DNA of 62,168 nucleotides from positions 1-62,168 of the forward strand of contig CAYMDN010000003.1 of NCBI GenBank assembly GCA_964389545.1, in the 5' to 3' direction. Below are positions 6,878-17,248 of the stretch, piece by piece. Every line of letters starts with the position of its first letter. Position 1 is the stretch's first letter. Both the position numbers and the translations under genes were made by a program. The notes under the pieces were generated by a model. That model did no database searches. It saw nothing but the letters and a program-made list of their open reading frames with translations, and had not been told where the DNA came from. The stretch comes from an uncultured Clostridium sp. Its GTDB lineage: Bacteria > Bacillota > Clostridia > TANB77 > CAG-508.

Positions 6878-6916
6878 TTTAGATTTTATTATCTTAGTTT
6901 TTAACATAAATCAAAC

Positions 6917-7519
6917 TTATAAAACTGAATTAATTTGATTTATTAGATTATCTTTTTCTTCAATAGTATAATATCCATCTATGTGACCCAATAAACTGCC
7001 TTTATTAGAAATTAATAATGCAGGTAGTTCTTTTATATTATACTTTTCAAGAACTTGTTCAGTAGCATTGGCTTTATAAAATAAAGTGTCTTCTGGCATG
7101 TTTTTAGTTAAATCTTTAATAGGAATAGATTTTAATAAACATTGAATTGAATCATCATTATAAAGTTCAATTAAAGTAAGATTATCATTTTGAATTTTAC
7201 TTTCAATTTCATTTGTATCAATCATGAAAAAGTCTGATAAAGGAGTAGCCCCATATCTATCAACAAATAAATCTTTTATTGTTCTTGTATCATCATTGAT
7301 TTCTTTTTGTATTTGATTATATTCGTCATCTGTTTTAGTAACATGTATTGCACCTATTGGACATTCTTTTTCACAAGCTCCACAAGAAATACACTTATCA
7401 TTATCTATAACTATTGTATTGTTATTATTATCAAATGATAGTGCTCCTGTAGGACACACAGCGATACCTCCACATTCTGGTGCATTATCACAAATCTTAA
7501 AATTAATTAATACTGCCAT
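6917..7519 (-). CDS. 4Fe-4S ferredoxin domain fused to a thioredoxin-fold domain lacking CxxC
   Basis: N-terminal CISCGACEKECP plus a second Cys group. The C-terminal ~120 aa look thioredoxin-like, with only one Cys. Lies immediately downstream of nifS. Confidence 0.6.
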   Translation of the reverse strand: MAVLINFKICDNAPECGGIAVCPTGALSFDNNNNTIVIDNDKCISCGACEKECPIGAIHVTKTDDEYNQIQKEINDDTRTIKDLFVDRYGATPLSDFFMIDTNEIESKIQNDNLTLIELYNDDSIQCLLKSIPIKDLTKNMPEDTLFYKANATEQVLEKYNIKELPALLISNKGSLLGHIDGYYTIEEKDNLINQINSVL

Positions 7520-7522
7520 AGT

Positions 7523-8662
7523 TTAACCTCTCTTTCTAATCATATTTATAATATTTATTAAACGTTTCACAAAAAAATCTATTTCTTCCTTTGTATTGTA
7601 TTTTCCCAAACTAATTCGTATAGGACTATAGCTATTTAAATCCGCATGGCAAGCAGTTAAAACATGAGAAGGTTCAGCAATTTCTGAATTACAAGCAGAG
7701 CCAGTGGAAACAAATATATTAAAAGACTCCAACATTAGTAATAACTCGTCTGCATTAACTCCTTTAAAAGCAATACTGGATGTATTAGGCATTCGATTTT
7801 GCAAGTCACCGTAAATAAGTACATCATCAATATTGTTTTTTATTTCATTTTCCATATAATCTCTAAGCTCTTGTATATAAAGGTCAGTAGCATAATTATC
7901 TTCTAAAATCAATTTAACAGCTTCACCTAAGCCAACTATATATGGAACATTTTCAGTTCCACCACGAAAATTCTTTTCTTGATGACCAAATATTAACGGT
8001 TGAAACGGAATTCCATTTTTAACATATAAAACTCCAATACCTTTAGGAGCATGAATTTTATGACCTGATAGAGATAAAGTATCAATATTCATATCTACAA
8101 CATCTATTTTTACTTTACCTACTGCTTGAACCGCGTCACAATGGAATAATATATTATTTTGCCTAGCAATTGCACCAATTTCCTTTATAGGATAGATATT
8201 ACCGATTTCATTGTTAGCCATCATTACAGTGATTAAACACGTGTCAGGTGTAATAGAATTTTTTAATTCTTCTAAATCTAATCTTCCAAAAGAATCTACG
8301 GATAAGTATGTAACGGTATAACCAATACTTTCCAGATATTTCATTGTTTCTAAAATGGAAGCATGTTCTACTTTTGTTGTAATTATATGTTTTTTAGTAG
8401 GAAAATTTCTTACTGCACTCATTATAGCAGTAGCATTACTTTCGCTAGCACAACTGGTAAATATTATGTCGTTTTCGCTGCAATTTAATAATTCTGAAAT
8501 ATATTTTCTAGAAATACTTATGCTTTCTTTTATTTCTTTACCAAAAGAGTATGTACTACTTGGATTTCCATATTGCTCTTTTAAATATGGCAACATAGAG
8601 CTTAAAACACGCTCATCACATTGAGTAGTAGCATTGTTATCTAAGTAAATTTTTGAATTCAT
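7523..8662 (-). CDS. nifS: Cysteine desulfurase (NifS/IscS class V aminotransferase)
   Basis: PLP-lysine motif SLSGHKIHAPKGIG and active-site loop STGSACNS. GGAGG RBS. Confidence 0.9.
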   Translation of the reverse strand: MNSKIYLDNNATTQCDERVLSSMLPYLKEQYGNPSSTYSFGKEIKESISISRKYISELLNCSENDIIFTSCASESNATAIMSAVRNFPTKKHIITTKVEHASILETMKYLESIGYTVTYLSVDSFGRLDLEELKNSITPDTCLITVMMANNEIGNIYPIKEIGAIARQNNILFHCDAVQAVGKVKIDVVDMNIDTLSLSGHKIHAPKGIGVLYVKNGIPFQPLIFGHQEKNFRGGTENVPYIVGLGEAVKLILEDNYATDLYIQELRDYMENEIKNNIDDVLIYGDLQNRMPNTSSIAFKGVNADELLLMLESFNIFVSTGSACNSEIAEPSHVLTACHADLNSYSPIRISLGKYNTKEEIDFFVKRLINIINMIRKRG

Positions 8663-8841
8663 TATAACCTCCTTTTAAATTATGTTAATATTATACTATA
8701 TTTTATTATGATTGACTATATTTCCATTGAAATATATTATAAAATAATATATAATTCTATAATAGAAGAAAATTCGATTCATGAGTTAAATGTATAAGGC
8801 AATTAGAAGGATTATCATCTAAATTAACTAAGGAGAAAAAC

Positions 8842-9471
8842 ATGAGAAGAAGAAATAGAAAAGATCCAGAAGATTTAAATAAAATAAATAATAAAAAAAA
8901 TCCAAATAAAAAAGTAAAAAAGAAATTAAATAAAAAACAATTTTTAATGTTAGCATCTACTTTGTTAATAGTACTATGTTTTATTGGAATATATTTAGAC
9001 ATGTTAGAGCGAGAAGCAGCAGCTGAAAAAGCATTTCCTGATGAAAATATAGTATTTATAGATGTGGTAAGAGACCTTTCGCCAGGACAAAGCATAGTGT
9101 TCACAGAAGCGGGAGAAAGCTACTTAAATGGAACACCATTACACTATAGAATATATGCAGATGGAGATGTGTTTGAATGTACAGCTATAGAATCGGAAAC
9201 TGCAAAACCAATATTTGAATATAAAAAAACACTTGCAAGATCAGAATTAATAAGATTGGAAGAAGAGCTAAAAGAACTTATGCAAAAAAAGAATGTAGAT
9301 GAAAATGAGCATGAATCAGGAGCGGAATACTGGTTCATAAATATAAAACAAGCAGAAGAAGCAATAAGAGTTAACTCAAGATTATATGATGAAATATTAA
9401 ATAAATATATGATTGTGAATGTAACTCCAACGAATACGGTACAACCAATACCACCAGAGGACTTAATGTAA
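8842..9471 (+). CDS. Hypothetical membrane-anchored protein (Lys-rich N-terminus, one TM)
   Basis: AAGGAG RBS. TM segment LMLASTLLIVLCFIGIYL. No domain recognised. Confidence 0.5.
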   Translation: MRRRNRKDPEDLNKINNKKNPNKKVKKKLNKKQFLMLASTLLIVLCFIGIYLDMLEREAAAEKAFPDENIVFIDVVRDLSPGQSIVFTEAGESYLNGTPLHYRIYADGDVFECTAIESETAKPIFEYKKTLARSELIRLEEELKELMQKKNVDENEHESGAEYWFINIKQAEEAIRVNSRLYDEILNKYMIVNVTPTNTVQPIPPEDLM

Positions 9472-9497
9472 TAAAGATATATGAACATATAAAATTA

Positions 9498-9526
9498 TTG
9501 ACAAAAAAATTCCAATCATATAGAAT
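9498..9526 (+). promoter_or_regulatory. Near-consensus sigma-70-type promoter: TTGACA, 17 nt, TAGAAT
   Basis: Read directly upstream of the 506-aa ORF. Confidence 0.6.
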
Positions 9527-9559
9527 ATATCATATAAAATTTACTTAGGAGAAAGTGGA

Positions 9560-11080
9560 TTGAAGAAAGAAAAAATCATTTCTAAATTTAATATAAAAAA
9601 CTATAGTAATCAATTAGAAAAGGTTTTAGCTAAAAAGCCATTTTCAGAAAATACAAAAAATTTATTATTAGATATGTTGTATAAAATAGAAAATTCATAC
9701 GAAGACTACAATGATGTTAAAAGAGATATTCGAACAAGAGGCGAGATACTTGAAGAAATCATTGAAATCATTGAACATGATTGCAAAGACCTTCAAATAT
9801 TAAAAGAAAAGAAAAGTGGAGTACTTAGAAGTGAGGGCAAAATTGCAACATATCCAAATACCAGAAAAGTATTATATGAACTTTATCAACTAAAACAAAA
9901 GCAATTTATAATTGATTCAAAATATAGTGTTATAAAAAAATCATTAGAAAGTACATTAAACCAAGGGTATAGTATTAATGGAAGTGAAATCATCAGAGAC
10001 TTTGATGGCTGGGCATGGAACATACAATATGATGAAATAGAAAACAAAATTAATAACTTTTTATACCAATCTTTAATGCTACTTGTAGGTAATGATTTTT
10101 TATGTGAGTGGAAAAATAATGAAGATAAAACAGCAGACTATATAGAAAAGTTAATACAAAAATTAGAAAGTAAATATAAAAAAGAAAAAGCAGAAGAGCT
10201 TACAAGAACTCTTTTTGAGATATCAGTAATCAACTATGCAGAAGCACATGCTGATGAAAAGGCAACACTAATAAAATTATGGAAAGAAGTGGAAGAAGAA
10301 CACACAACATATATTAAAAAAATATATTTAAAAAATCTTACTGAGGAAAAGAAAAATTTAATTGGTAAAATCCAAGAAATAGATGAAATAACCAATAATA
10401 ATCAACTTCTAAAACAAGAATTTGTAAAAAGAAATGCCAAATTAGGTAGTACAGAACAAATATTTAGTTTAAGCAATCTTGCAGATATAATGCAAGAAGA
10501 AAAAAATGAACTAACTAAAAAGCTAGATGTGTGCAACGAAAAACTAGACCCAGTAAATTATTCAAATTTAAAAAATACAGCTGAAAGTAAATTAAGAATT
10601 TTAGATGAAATTAATTTATCTGAAGATACAAGAAAAGTTTTTTATGCTAAAGTTAAAGAAATGATAAAATTAGTAGCAGAATCACTTAAAATTGATGCAG
10701 ATAATTTTCAAGAAAAAGAAGATTTAATAGAAACAATTTATAAAATAAGATATTTTAAATCAATACCAATAATAAAAAATAAAAAGATACAAGATGTAAT
10801 AAATTTTAGCGAATTGGAGAAATATTTAATAACAAAAGCATGCAATGAAAAAGTGTTAAATACAATTAGTAATGATACAAAAGAAAATTACGACATAACA
10901 AAAATTATATTTAAAACAGATATTATAAAGCTGGAAAAAATACAAGTTAAGTTAAAGAGAATAACAGAAGCAGTAAATACAATAGAGTATTACGATGAAG
11001 AAAACAAATGTACAAGTATTGATATAGAGCAACCAGAAAAACTTAATATAGGTATTAGAAAAGCCAAAATTTTTGCATAG
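9560..11080 (+). CDS. Hypothetical 506-aa soluble, coiled-coil-rich protein
   Basis: TTG start 8 nt after AGGAG. No recognisable domain. Confidence 0.55.
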   Translation: MKKEKIISKFNIKNYSNQLEKVLAKKPFSENTKNLLLDMLYKIENSYEDYNDVKRDIRTRGEILEEIIEIIEHDCKDLQILKEKKSGVLRSEGKIATYPNTRKVLYELYQLKQKQFIIDSKYSVIKKSLESTLNQGYSINGSEIIRDFDGWAWNIQYDEIENKINNFLYQSLMLLVGNDFLCEWKNNEDKTADYIEKLIQKLESKYKKEKAEELTRTLFEISVINYAEAHADEKATLIKLWKEVEEEHTTYIKKIYLKNLTEEKKNLIGKIQEIDEITNNNQLLKQEFVKRNAKLGSTEQIFSLSNLADIMQEEKNELTKKLDVCNEKLDPVNYSNLKNTAESKLRILDEINLSEDTRKVFYAKVKEMIKLVAESLKIDADNFQEKEDLIETIYKIRYFKSIPIIKNKKIQDVINFSELEKYLITKACNEKVLNTISNDTKENYDITKIIFKTDIIKLEKIQVKLKRITEAVNTIEYYDEENKCTSIDIEQPEKLNIGIRKAKIFA

Positions 11081-11125
11081 TATAAATGTTATAGAGCTAA
11101 AAGCTCAGAGATGGAGGTTAATAAA

Positions 11126-12769
11126 ATGAATATTACTTTTCTAGGGGCAACAAAAACAGTTACAGGTTCTAACTTTTTGCTAGAAGGAGCTGGAAAGAAA
11201 ATTATAATAGACTGTGGACTATATCAAGGAAAAGCAAAAGAAGAAATGGAAAACTATGATGACTTTGCATTTAATGCAAATGAAATAGACTTTATGCTTT
11301 TAACACATGCTCATATAGACCACTCAGGAAGAATTCCAAAACTATATGTAGATGGATATAGAAATCCAGTCATTGCAACAAAAGCAACTTGTGACTTATG
11401 TTCAATAATGTTACCAGATAGTGGACACATACAAGAAATGGAAAACACATGGCAAAATAAAAAGAGAGTAAGACAAGGAAAGCCAGAAAGACCACCACTA
11501 TATACAGCACAAGATGCTATTGATTGTATGGAACTATTTAAACCAGTTTCTTATGATGAAATAATAGACTTAGATGAGAATATAAGTGTTAGATTTAATG
11601 ATGCTGGGCACATGTTAGGGTCTAGTATAATTGAAGTATGGGTTAAAGAAGACGGAGAAACAAAAAAAATAGTATTTACAGGTGATTTAGGTAATAACGA
11701 TATACCATTGCTAGATTCACCTACAATGATTGACAATGCAGACTATTTAGTAATGGAATCAACATATGGTAACAGATTGCATATGAGAAATGATGATAAA
11801 GCATCAATGTTCTTAAATATAGTTTCTGAAACTTTAGATAAAGGCGGAAATGTTGTAATACCATCATTTGCAGTTGGTAGAACACAAGAAATACTATATG
11901 AATTAAATAAAATAAAAGAAACAACAGACGATGATGAATTTTTAAAGAAATATGAAAAATTAATGAAAGCACCTGTATATGTAGACAGCCCACTTGCAAT
12001 TTCAGCAACAGAAGTTTTCAGAAATAATATGGATTTATTTGATGAAGAAGTAAAATTAGAGATAAGTAGAGGAGATAATCCACTAGAATTTCCAGGATTA
12101 CAATTTACACAAACTGCAGAAGAATCAAAATTATTAAATGAAAGTACAGTACCATCAATAATAATTTCAGCAAGTGGAATGTGTGAAGTTGGAAGAATAA
12201 AACATCATTTAAAACATAATATTTGGGATCCAAAGAATACAATATTATTTGTTGGATATCAAGCACAAGGAACTTTAGGATCAAAGATTGTAAATGGAGA
12301 AAAGAATGTAAAGATATTTGGAGAAGAAATATCAGTTAATGCAAGAATAGAATATATTGAAGGATATTCAGGACATGCTGACCAAGAATGGCTATTAAAC
12401 TTTGTATATTCATTTATAACAAAGCCAAAACACATCTTTTTAGTACATGGAGAATTTGAAGGACAAAAGGTTTTAAAAGATAAACTTGAAGAAGAAGTTA
12501 ATGTGCCAGTAACAATACCAGATTATGGAGAAAGCTACAATCTAGATGATGTACCAAGAATTGTAAATGTAGTACAAAGACCTGAGAAAGAAAGATTCTT
12601 AAGATTAGAAGTTGTAGATAGATTAGCAACATTAAAAGAAGAATTAGAAGAAATGGCTTCAATCATAGAAGAAGATATCTTTGATGAAGATACACAAGAC
12701 AGTCAAATAGAAGAAATAAATTCAAAGATAAAAGAATTGGAACAACAGATAGTAAGGATAATTTCATAG
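11126..12769 (+). CDS. MBL-fold beta-CASP family RNA-metabolising hydrolase (CPSF/RNase J-like) with an acidic coiled-coil tail
   Basis: HAHIDHSG metallo-beta-lactamase motif. A beta-CASP-type middle region is present, with the SGHAD motif near the C-terminus. Start moved to the ATG at 11126 (MNITFLGA) after GGAGG. Confidence 0.75.
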   Translation: MNITFLGATKTVTGSNFLLEGAGKKIIIDCGLYQGKAKEEMENYDDFAFNANEIDFMLLTHAHIDHSGRIPKLYVDGYRNPVIATKATCDLCSIMLPDSGHIQEMENTWQNKKRVRQGKPERPPLYTAQDAIDCMELFKPVSYDEIIDLDENISVRFNDAGHMLGSSIIEVWVKEDGETKKIVFTGDLGNNDIPLLDSPTMIDNADYLVMESTYGNRLHMRNDDKASMFLNIVSETLDKGGNVVIPSFAVGRTQEILYELNKIKETTDDDEFLKKYEKLMKAPVYVDSPLAISATEVFRNNMDLFDEEVKLEISRGDNPLEFPGLQFTQTAEESKLLNESTVPSIIISASGMCEVGRIKHHLKHNIWDPKNTILFVGYQAQGTLGSKIVNGEKNVKIFGEEISVNARIEYIEGYSGHADQEWLLNFVYSFITKPKHIFLVHGEFEGQKVLKDKLEEEVNVPVTIPDYGESYNLDDVPRIVNVVQRPEKERFLRLEVVDRLATLKEELEEMASIIEEDIFDEDTQDSQIEEINSKIKELEQQIVRIIS

Positions 12770-12822
12770 AATACATGAAAAGTAATTAATTTTCATGTCA
12801 AAGGAAGGAAGAAAATAAACAA

Positions 12823-14718
12823 ATGGAAAAGTATTTTAATGATGCAGTAATAGGAAATCAAAACTTAACAGCAAGCTATAGCATGAAAGGTGAACTACTA
12901 AGAATGTTATATCCAAATACGGATTATAAACAAATGATAGATTTCTATCATGTAGGATTAAAAATAAATGATTCAGGAATAGTGTATTTACATCAAGATA
13001 TTAATAATGTATATGACCAATATTATACAGAAGGAACCAATATATTAAATACAGAAATAATTAACACATACTTTAATTTAAAAGTTTTACAAACAGATTT
13101 TGTATCAATGAAAGAAAATATAATAGTAAAAAGATACAGCTTTACAAATGAAAGTACTATCGATTTAAATATAGATTTTCTTGTACATTCAAGTTTAGTA
13201 ACAACGCAAAATAATAAAGTAAGTGGGTTATGTAAGAATGATGCATTGATGCAATACAACCATGACTACATCGTATCTACTTTTTCAAAACAAAAAATAA
13301 AAAATTCTCAAATAAATAATACAAGAGCAAATATAACAAGTGCACAAATTGGAGATAAAGACTATATAGGAATGTCAAGCGATTCTTCAATAAGCTATGA
13401 AATAGGAACAATAAAACCACAAGAAACAAAAGAATTTGACTTAATAATTTATGTTGAAGAAAACAAGATAGGATTAAATGAACTGGAAAAAAATATAGAA
13501 AGAATTAAGAAAAATGACTTTAAAGATGAACAAGCAAATGTAAAAAAATATTGGAAAAAATATTTAAAAGCGCATGATGGACTAGAAATGGAACTAGCAG
13601 AAACACCAAAAAATGACAAAATAAGAGAAATATATGAAAGAACAATATTATTATTTCCACTTTTATCTAATAAAGAAACAGGTGGAATATCTGCAGCAAT
13701 AGAAGTTGATGAAGATTTAAATAACTGTGGAAGATATAATTACTGCTGGCCACGAGATGCCTTATTTATAACAAGTGCAATGGATATTTTAAAAATGGGA
13801 AAAGAAGCAGATAAATTCTACAAAGTGTTTTGTAAAAATACACAAAGTAGAGACGGGATGTGGGAACAAAGATTCTTTACAGACGGTAGACTAGCACCAA
13901 GCTGGGGATATCAAATAGATGAAACTGCAGACGTAATTTTCGGAGTGTATAATCATTATAAAGCGACAGGAGACAAAAAAGTTTTAAAAGACAACCTAAA
14001 AATGTGCGAAAAGGCACTTACATACTTAGAAAAATATATAGCAGATATAATGGAAAATACTAATAAATTTCAAAAGAGCTATGACCTATGGGAAGAAAAT
14101 GAAGGAATTCATTTATACTCAATAGCAAGCATTTTTGCTGCTTTTGATTCAATGATAAAAATGTATGAAGTTTTAAAAGAAGAATTTACTAAAAATAGAG
14201 TTAAACAAGAAAATGTAAATAATAAAAAAGAAGAATTAAGAGAAGAATTAGTAAAAATAAAAGAATACATTTTACAAAATTTTTATGACGAACATAAAAA
14301 GAGTTTTGTAAGAAATTTAGATGACAGAAAGATTGATACAAGTCTATTAGGATTAGTTACGCCATTTAACATATTCACACCAAAAGAGAAGAGAATATTA
14401 AACACAGTTGAAAGAATAAATATGACTTTAAGAACCTATACAGGTGGATATACAAGATACGAAGTAGATAGATATATGAATGGAAACCCATGGGTAATTA
14501 CAACTTTATGGGTAGCAGACTATTACATTGAGGCTGGAGACAAAGCAAAAGCAAAAGAATGCTTTGATTTAGTTGTAAAAACAAGTGCTAAACATGGATT
14601 CCTACCTGAACAAATAAACAATGAAAAAATGGGACCAGCTTGGGTTATTGGATTAGGATGGTCACATGCTATGTTTATTATAACCTTAAAGAAACTTATA
14701 GAAAAAGGAATGATTTAA
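12823..14718 (+). CDS. Glycoside hydrolase family 15 (glucoamylase/glucodextranase-like)
   Basis: Signature segments YNYCWPRDA and SYDLWEENEGIH, typical of the GH15 catalytic domain. Confidence 0.8.
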   Translation: MEKYFNDAVIGNQNLTASYSMKGELLRMLYPNTDYKQMIDFYHVGLKINDSGIVYLHQDINNVYDQYYTEGTNILNTEIINTYFNLKVLQTDFVSMKENIIVKRYSFTNESTIDLNIDFLVHSSLVTTQNNKVSGLCKNDALMQYNHDYIVSTFSKQKIKNSQINNTRANITSAQIGDKDYIGMSSDSSISYEIGTIKPQETKEFDLIIYVEENKIGLNELEKNIERIKKNDFKDEQANVKKYWKKYLKAHDGLEMELAETPKNDKIREIYERTILLFPLLSNKETGGISAAIEVDEDLNNCGRYNYCWPRDALFITSAMDILKMGKEADKFYKVFCKNTQSRDGMWEQRFFTDGRLAPSWGYQIDETADVIFGVYNHYKATGDKKVLKDNLKMCEKALTYLEKYIADIMENTNKFQKSYDLWEENEGIHLYSIASIFAAFDSMIKMYEVLKEEFTKNRVKQENVNNKKEELREELVKIKEYILQNFYDEHKKSFVRNLDDRKIDTSLLGLVTPFNIFTPKEKRILNTVERINMTLRTYTGGYTRYEVDRYMNGNPWVITTLWVADYYIEAGDKAKAKECFDLVVKTSAKHGFLPEQINNEKMGPAWVIGLGWSHAMFIITLKKLIEKGMI

Positions 14719-14726
14719 TAAAACAC

Positions 14727-14775
14727 AGTGCCATATTACTGGAAACTTGAATTTCCATGTGGCACTATTTTTATG
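14727..14775 (+). terminator. Intrinsic terminator: AGTGCCA...TGGCACT stem with inner GGAAA/TTTCC, then ATTTTTAT
   Basis: Read directly after the GH15 stop. Confidence 0.65.
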
Positions 14776-14855
14776 TATTTAACATGTATAAACCTTTACA
14801 AATAGACGATTTTGATATATAATGTATGCAATTTATTTAAGAAAGGATGATGAAT

Positions 14856-16334
14856 ATGGACGAGATAGTAGACGAGAACCATTTAATTAAAATAAGAAAG
14901 GAAAAACTAGAAGAACTTAAAGCCAAAGGAAAAAATCCTTTTGAAATTACAAAATACAACAGAACACACAACAGCGAAGAAGTAAAAACACAATTCGAGG
15001 AACTAGACGGAAAAGATGTTTCAATAGCAGGAAGAATTGTAGCCAAACGTATAATGGGTAAAGCATCATTTTGCCATATTCAAGATATGCAAGGAAGAAT
15101 ACAAAGTTATGTTAGTATAAATGATTTAGGAGAAGAAAGCTATGCTGCATTCAAAACATATGATATTGGTGACATCATAGGAATAACAGGATTTGTTTTC
15201 AAAACTAAAACAGAGGAAATATCAATTCATGCGAAAGAAGTAGTATTACTTACAAAATCATTAAGACCATTACCAGAAAAATTCCATGGATTAAAAGATA
15301 CAGAATTAAGATATAGACAAAGATATGTAGACTTAATAATGAATCCAGAAGTAAAAGAAACATTTTTAACAAGAACAAAAATAATAAAAGAAATAAGAAG
15401 AATATTAGATGAAGAAGGATATACAGAAGTTGAAACTCCAATATTAAATACAATAGCTGGTGGAGCGGCAGCAAGACCATTTATAACACATCATAATACA
15501 TTAGATATGGACATGTATCTAAGAATAGCAAATGAATTATACTTAAAAAGATTAATAGTAGGTGGATTTGATAAAGTATATGAAATGGGAAGAATGTTTA
15601 GAAACGAAGGAATTTCAATTAAACATAACCCAGAATTCACAAATATAGAATTTTATGCAGCATACCAAGATTATCATGATATGATGGATATGGCAGAAAA
15701 GATAATTGCAACAACTGCACAAAATGTATTAGGAACAACAAAAATAACATATCAAGGAACACCAATAGACTTAACTCCAAATTGGAAAAGAACATCAATG
15801 ATTGACAGCATAAAAGAAGTAACAGGGATAGACTTTAATACAATAGAAACAGACGAAGAAGCAACAGAAGTAGGAAAGAAATTAGGCTTAGAAATAGAAG
15901 GAATAATGTCAAGAGGAGAAGTAATAAATTTAGCATTTGAAGAAAAAGTTGAAGCAACACTAATTCAGCCAACATTTATATATGACTACCCAGTAGAGGT
16001 ATCACCATTAACAAAGAGAAAACCATCAGATCCAAGATTAACAGAAAGATTTGAACTATTTATAGGTGGACGTGAATATGGAAACGCATATTCAGAGTTA
16101 AATGATCCAATAGATCAATATGAAAGATTTTTAGATCAAGTAAGACAAAAAGATGCGGGTAATGAAGAAGCAAACGATATGGATGATGATTTTGTACAAG
16201 CATTAGAATATGGAATGCCACCAACAGGGGGAATGGGAATAGGAGTTGATAGATTAATAATGCTATTAACAGACAGTGCATCAATAAGAGATATACTATT
16301 ATTCCCAACAATGAAACCAATTAATAATGGTTAA
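14856..16334 (+). CDS. lysS: Lysine--tRNA ligase (class II)
   Basis: Full-length similarity to LysS (OB-fold N-domain; class II motifs [15 protein letters not shown]). Three in-frame ATGs are possible (14847, 14850, 14856). I chose 14856 on RBS spacing. Confidence 0.92.
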   Translation: MDEIVDENHLIKIRKEKLEELKAKGKNPFEITKYNRTHNSEEVKTQFEELDGKDVSIAGRIVAKRIMGKASFCHIQDMQGRIQSYVSINDLGEESYAAFKTYDIGDIIGITGFVFKTKTEEISIHAKEVVLLTKSLRPLPEKFHGLKDTELRYRQRYVDLIMNPEVKETFLTRTKIIKEIRRILDEEGYTEVETPILNTIAGGAAARPFITHHNTLDMDMYLRIANELYLKRLIVGGFDKVYEMGRMFRNEGISIKHNPEFTNIEFYAAYQDYHDMMDMAEKIIATTAQNVLGTTKITYQGTPIDLTPNWKRTSMIDSIKEVTGIDFNTIETDEEATEVGKKLGLEIEGIMSRGEVINLAFEEKVEATLIQPTFIYDYPVEVSPLTKRKPSDPRLTERFELFIGGREYGNAYSELNDPIDQYERFLDQVRQKDAGNEEANDMDDDFVQALEYGMPPTGGMGIGVDRLIMLLTDSASIRDILLFPTMKPINNG

Positions 16335-16416
16335 TAAGTTTTAATAGAGATTTATAATCTGTGTAATATTACTATATCTAATCAATTGAATAAATTGAAA
16401 AGACATGGAGGAAAGC

Positions 16417-17214
16417 ATGAAAGAAAAAATTGATTTGGACTTGCTTTATGATAAATGGGAAGAAGAAAATGAAACAAAACAAATGGAAATATTTAAAAAG
16501 GTTATAGATGAATATAGTAAATTTTGTAATGCAGATTTTAGAAAAGAAGCTAAATTTGCAAATAATGATTATGGAGTTTTTGATGTTTTGTTTCAATTAA
16601 CAGTTGCAAAGCCACAATTTTTTAAGAAATTTCATGAGATTTTAAGCAAATATGAATTTAATGATAAAACATATTTGGATTATACAATAAAAAAAATCAC
16701 AAAAAATGCAAGCAATGTACAAGCATTCATAGATGGATTAATTGATGTAGGAATGATAAATAATGTCTATGATATGGATGACAACTCTGTCAACATAGAA
16801 TCTTGTTTTGGAATATATAATTTCTTTTTGGCAAATGAATATTACATTGAAAATAAAGAAATTGTCACTTATATTAAAACTGGAGATATAAATAGAAATT
16901 GCCATGTAAATTCTTTACTTTTACTTAAATGCTTAAAAAAAGGAGAAGCAGTAACAGCCAAATGTTCTAGCATGTTTAACAATTTATATTACCATTCATA
17001 TTATAGATGTGATGGAATGATTTGTGATTTGAATATAAATTGTGTAATGAAAGAACAAGACTATGCAAAAATATATAATCCACAAATAATTTCAGTAGTA
17101 AATATTGATAATTTGGAAGAAGAACAAAATAGAGTAAAGAATACTTGTAAAAGTACATTGGAAGATTTATTAGAAATAGCCGTATACAAAGAATTCATAT
17201 TAAAAGACAATTAA
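16417..17214 (+). CDS. Hypothetical protein with a C...H...D arrangement in its C-terminal half
   Basis: ORF with a GGAGG RBS. Possible catalytic Cys/His/Asp spacing (NRNCHVNS ... YYHSYY ... ICDLN). No confident family assignment. Confidence 0.45.
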   Translation: MKEKIDLDLLYDKWEEENETKQMEIFKKVIDEYSKFCNADFRKEAKFANNDYGVFDVLFQLTVAKPQFFKKFHEILSKYEFNDKTYLDYTIKKITKNASNVQAFIDGLIDVGMINNVYDMDDNSVNIESCFGIYNFFLANEYYIENKEIVTYIKTGDINRNCHVNSLLLLKCLKKGEAVTAKCSSMFNNLYYHSYYRCDGMICDLNINCVMKEQDYAKIYNPQIISVVNIDNLEEEQNRVKNTCKSTLEDLLEIAVYKEFILKDN

Positions 17215-17248
17215 AATTACATCATAAAAATCAAATAGAGGGAGAAAT

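Larger units (their letters stand above)
120..6880. mobile_element. Prophage-like island (cryptic prophage remnant or phage satellite): int, TM-HIRAN, cI, cro, xis, LysM, replication organiser, DUF2786, RusA. No terminase, capsid, tail or lysis genes.
   Basis: Gene content and order match a temperate-phage lysogeny plus early region. The island is bounded by terminator hairpins at 71-119 and 6847-6877 and by host genes. Exact att ends were not identified. Confidence 0.65.

Noticed and set aside
6845-6916. Search for an attR direct repeat matching the left flank (115-152) of the prophage-like island.
   Set aside because: By eye I found no convincing shared core longer than trivial AT-rich strings. 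The boundaries therefore stay approximate.
12773-12798. 9-bp hairpin ACATGAAAA/TTTTCATGT after the beta-CASP gene, as a possible terminator.
   Set aside because: No U-tract follows it, and the next gene starts 25 nt later. It may be a weak attenuator or nothing, so I did not call it.
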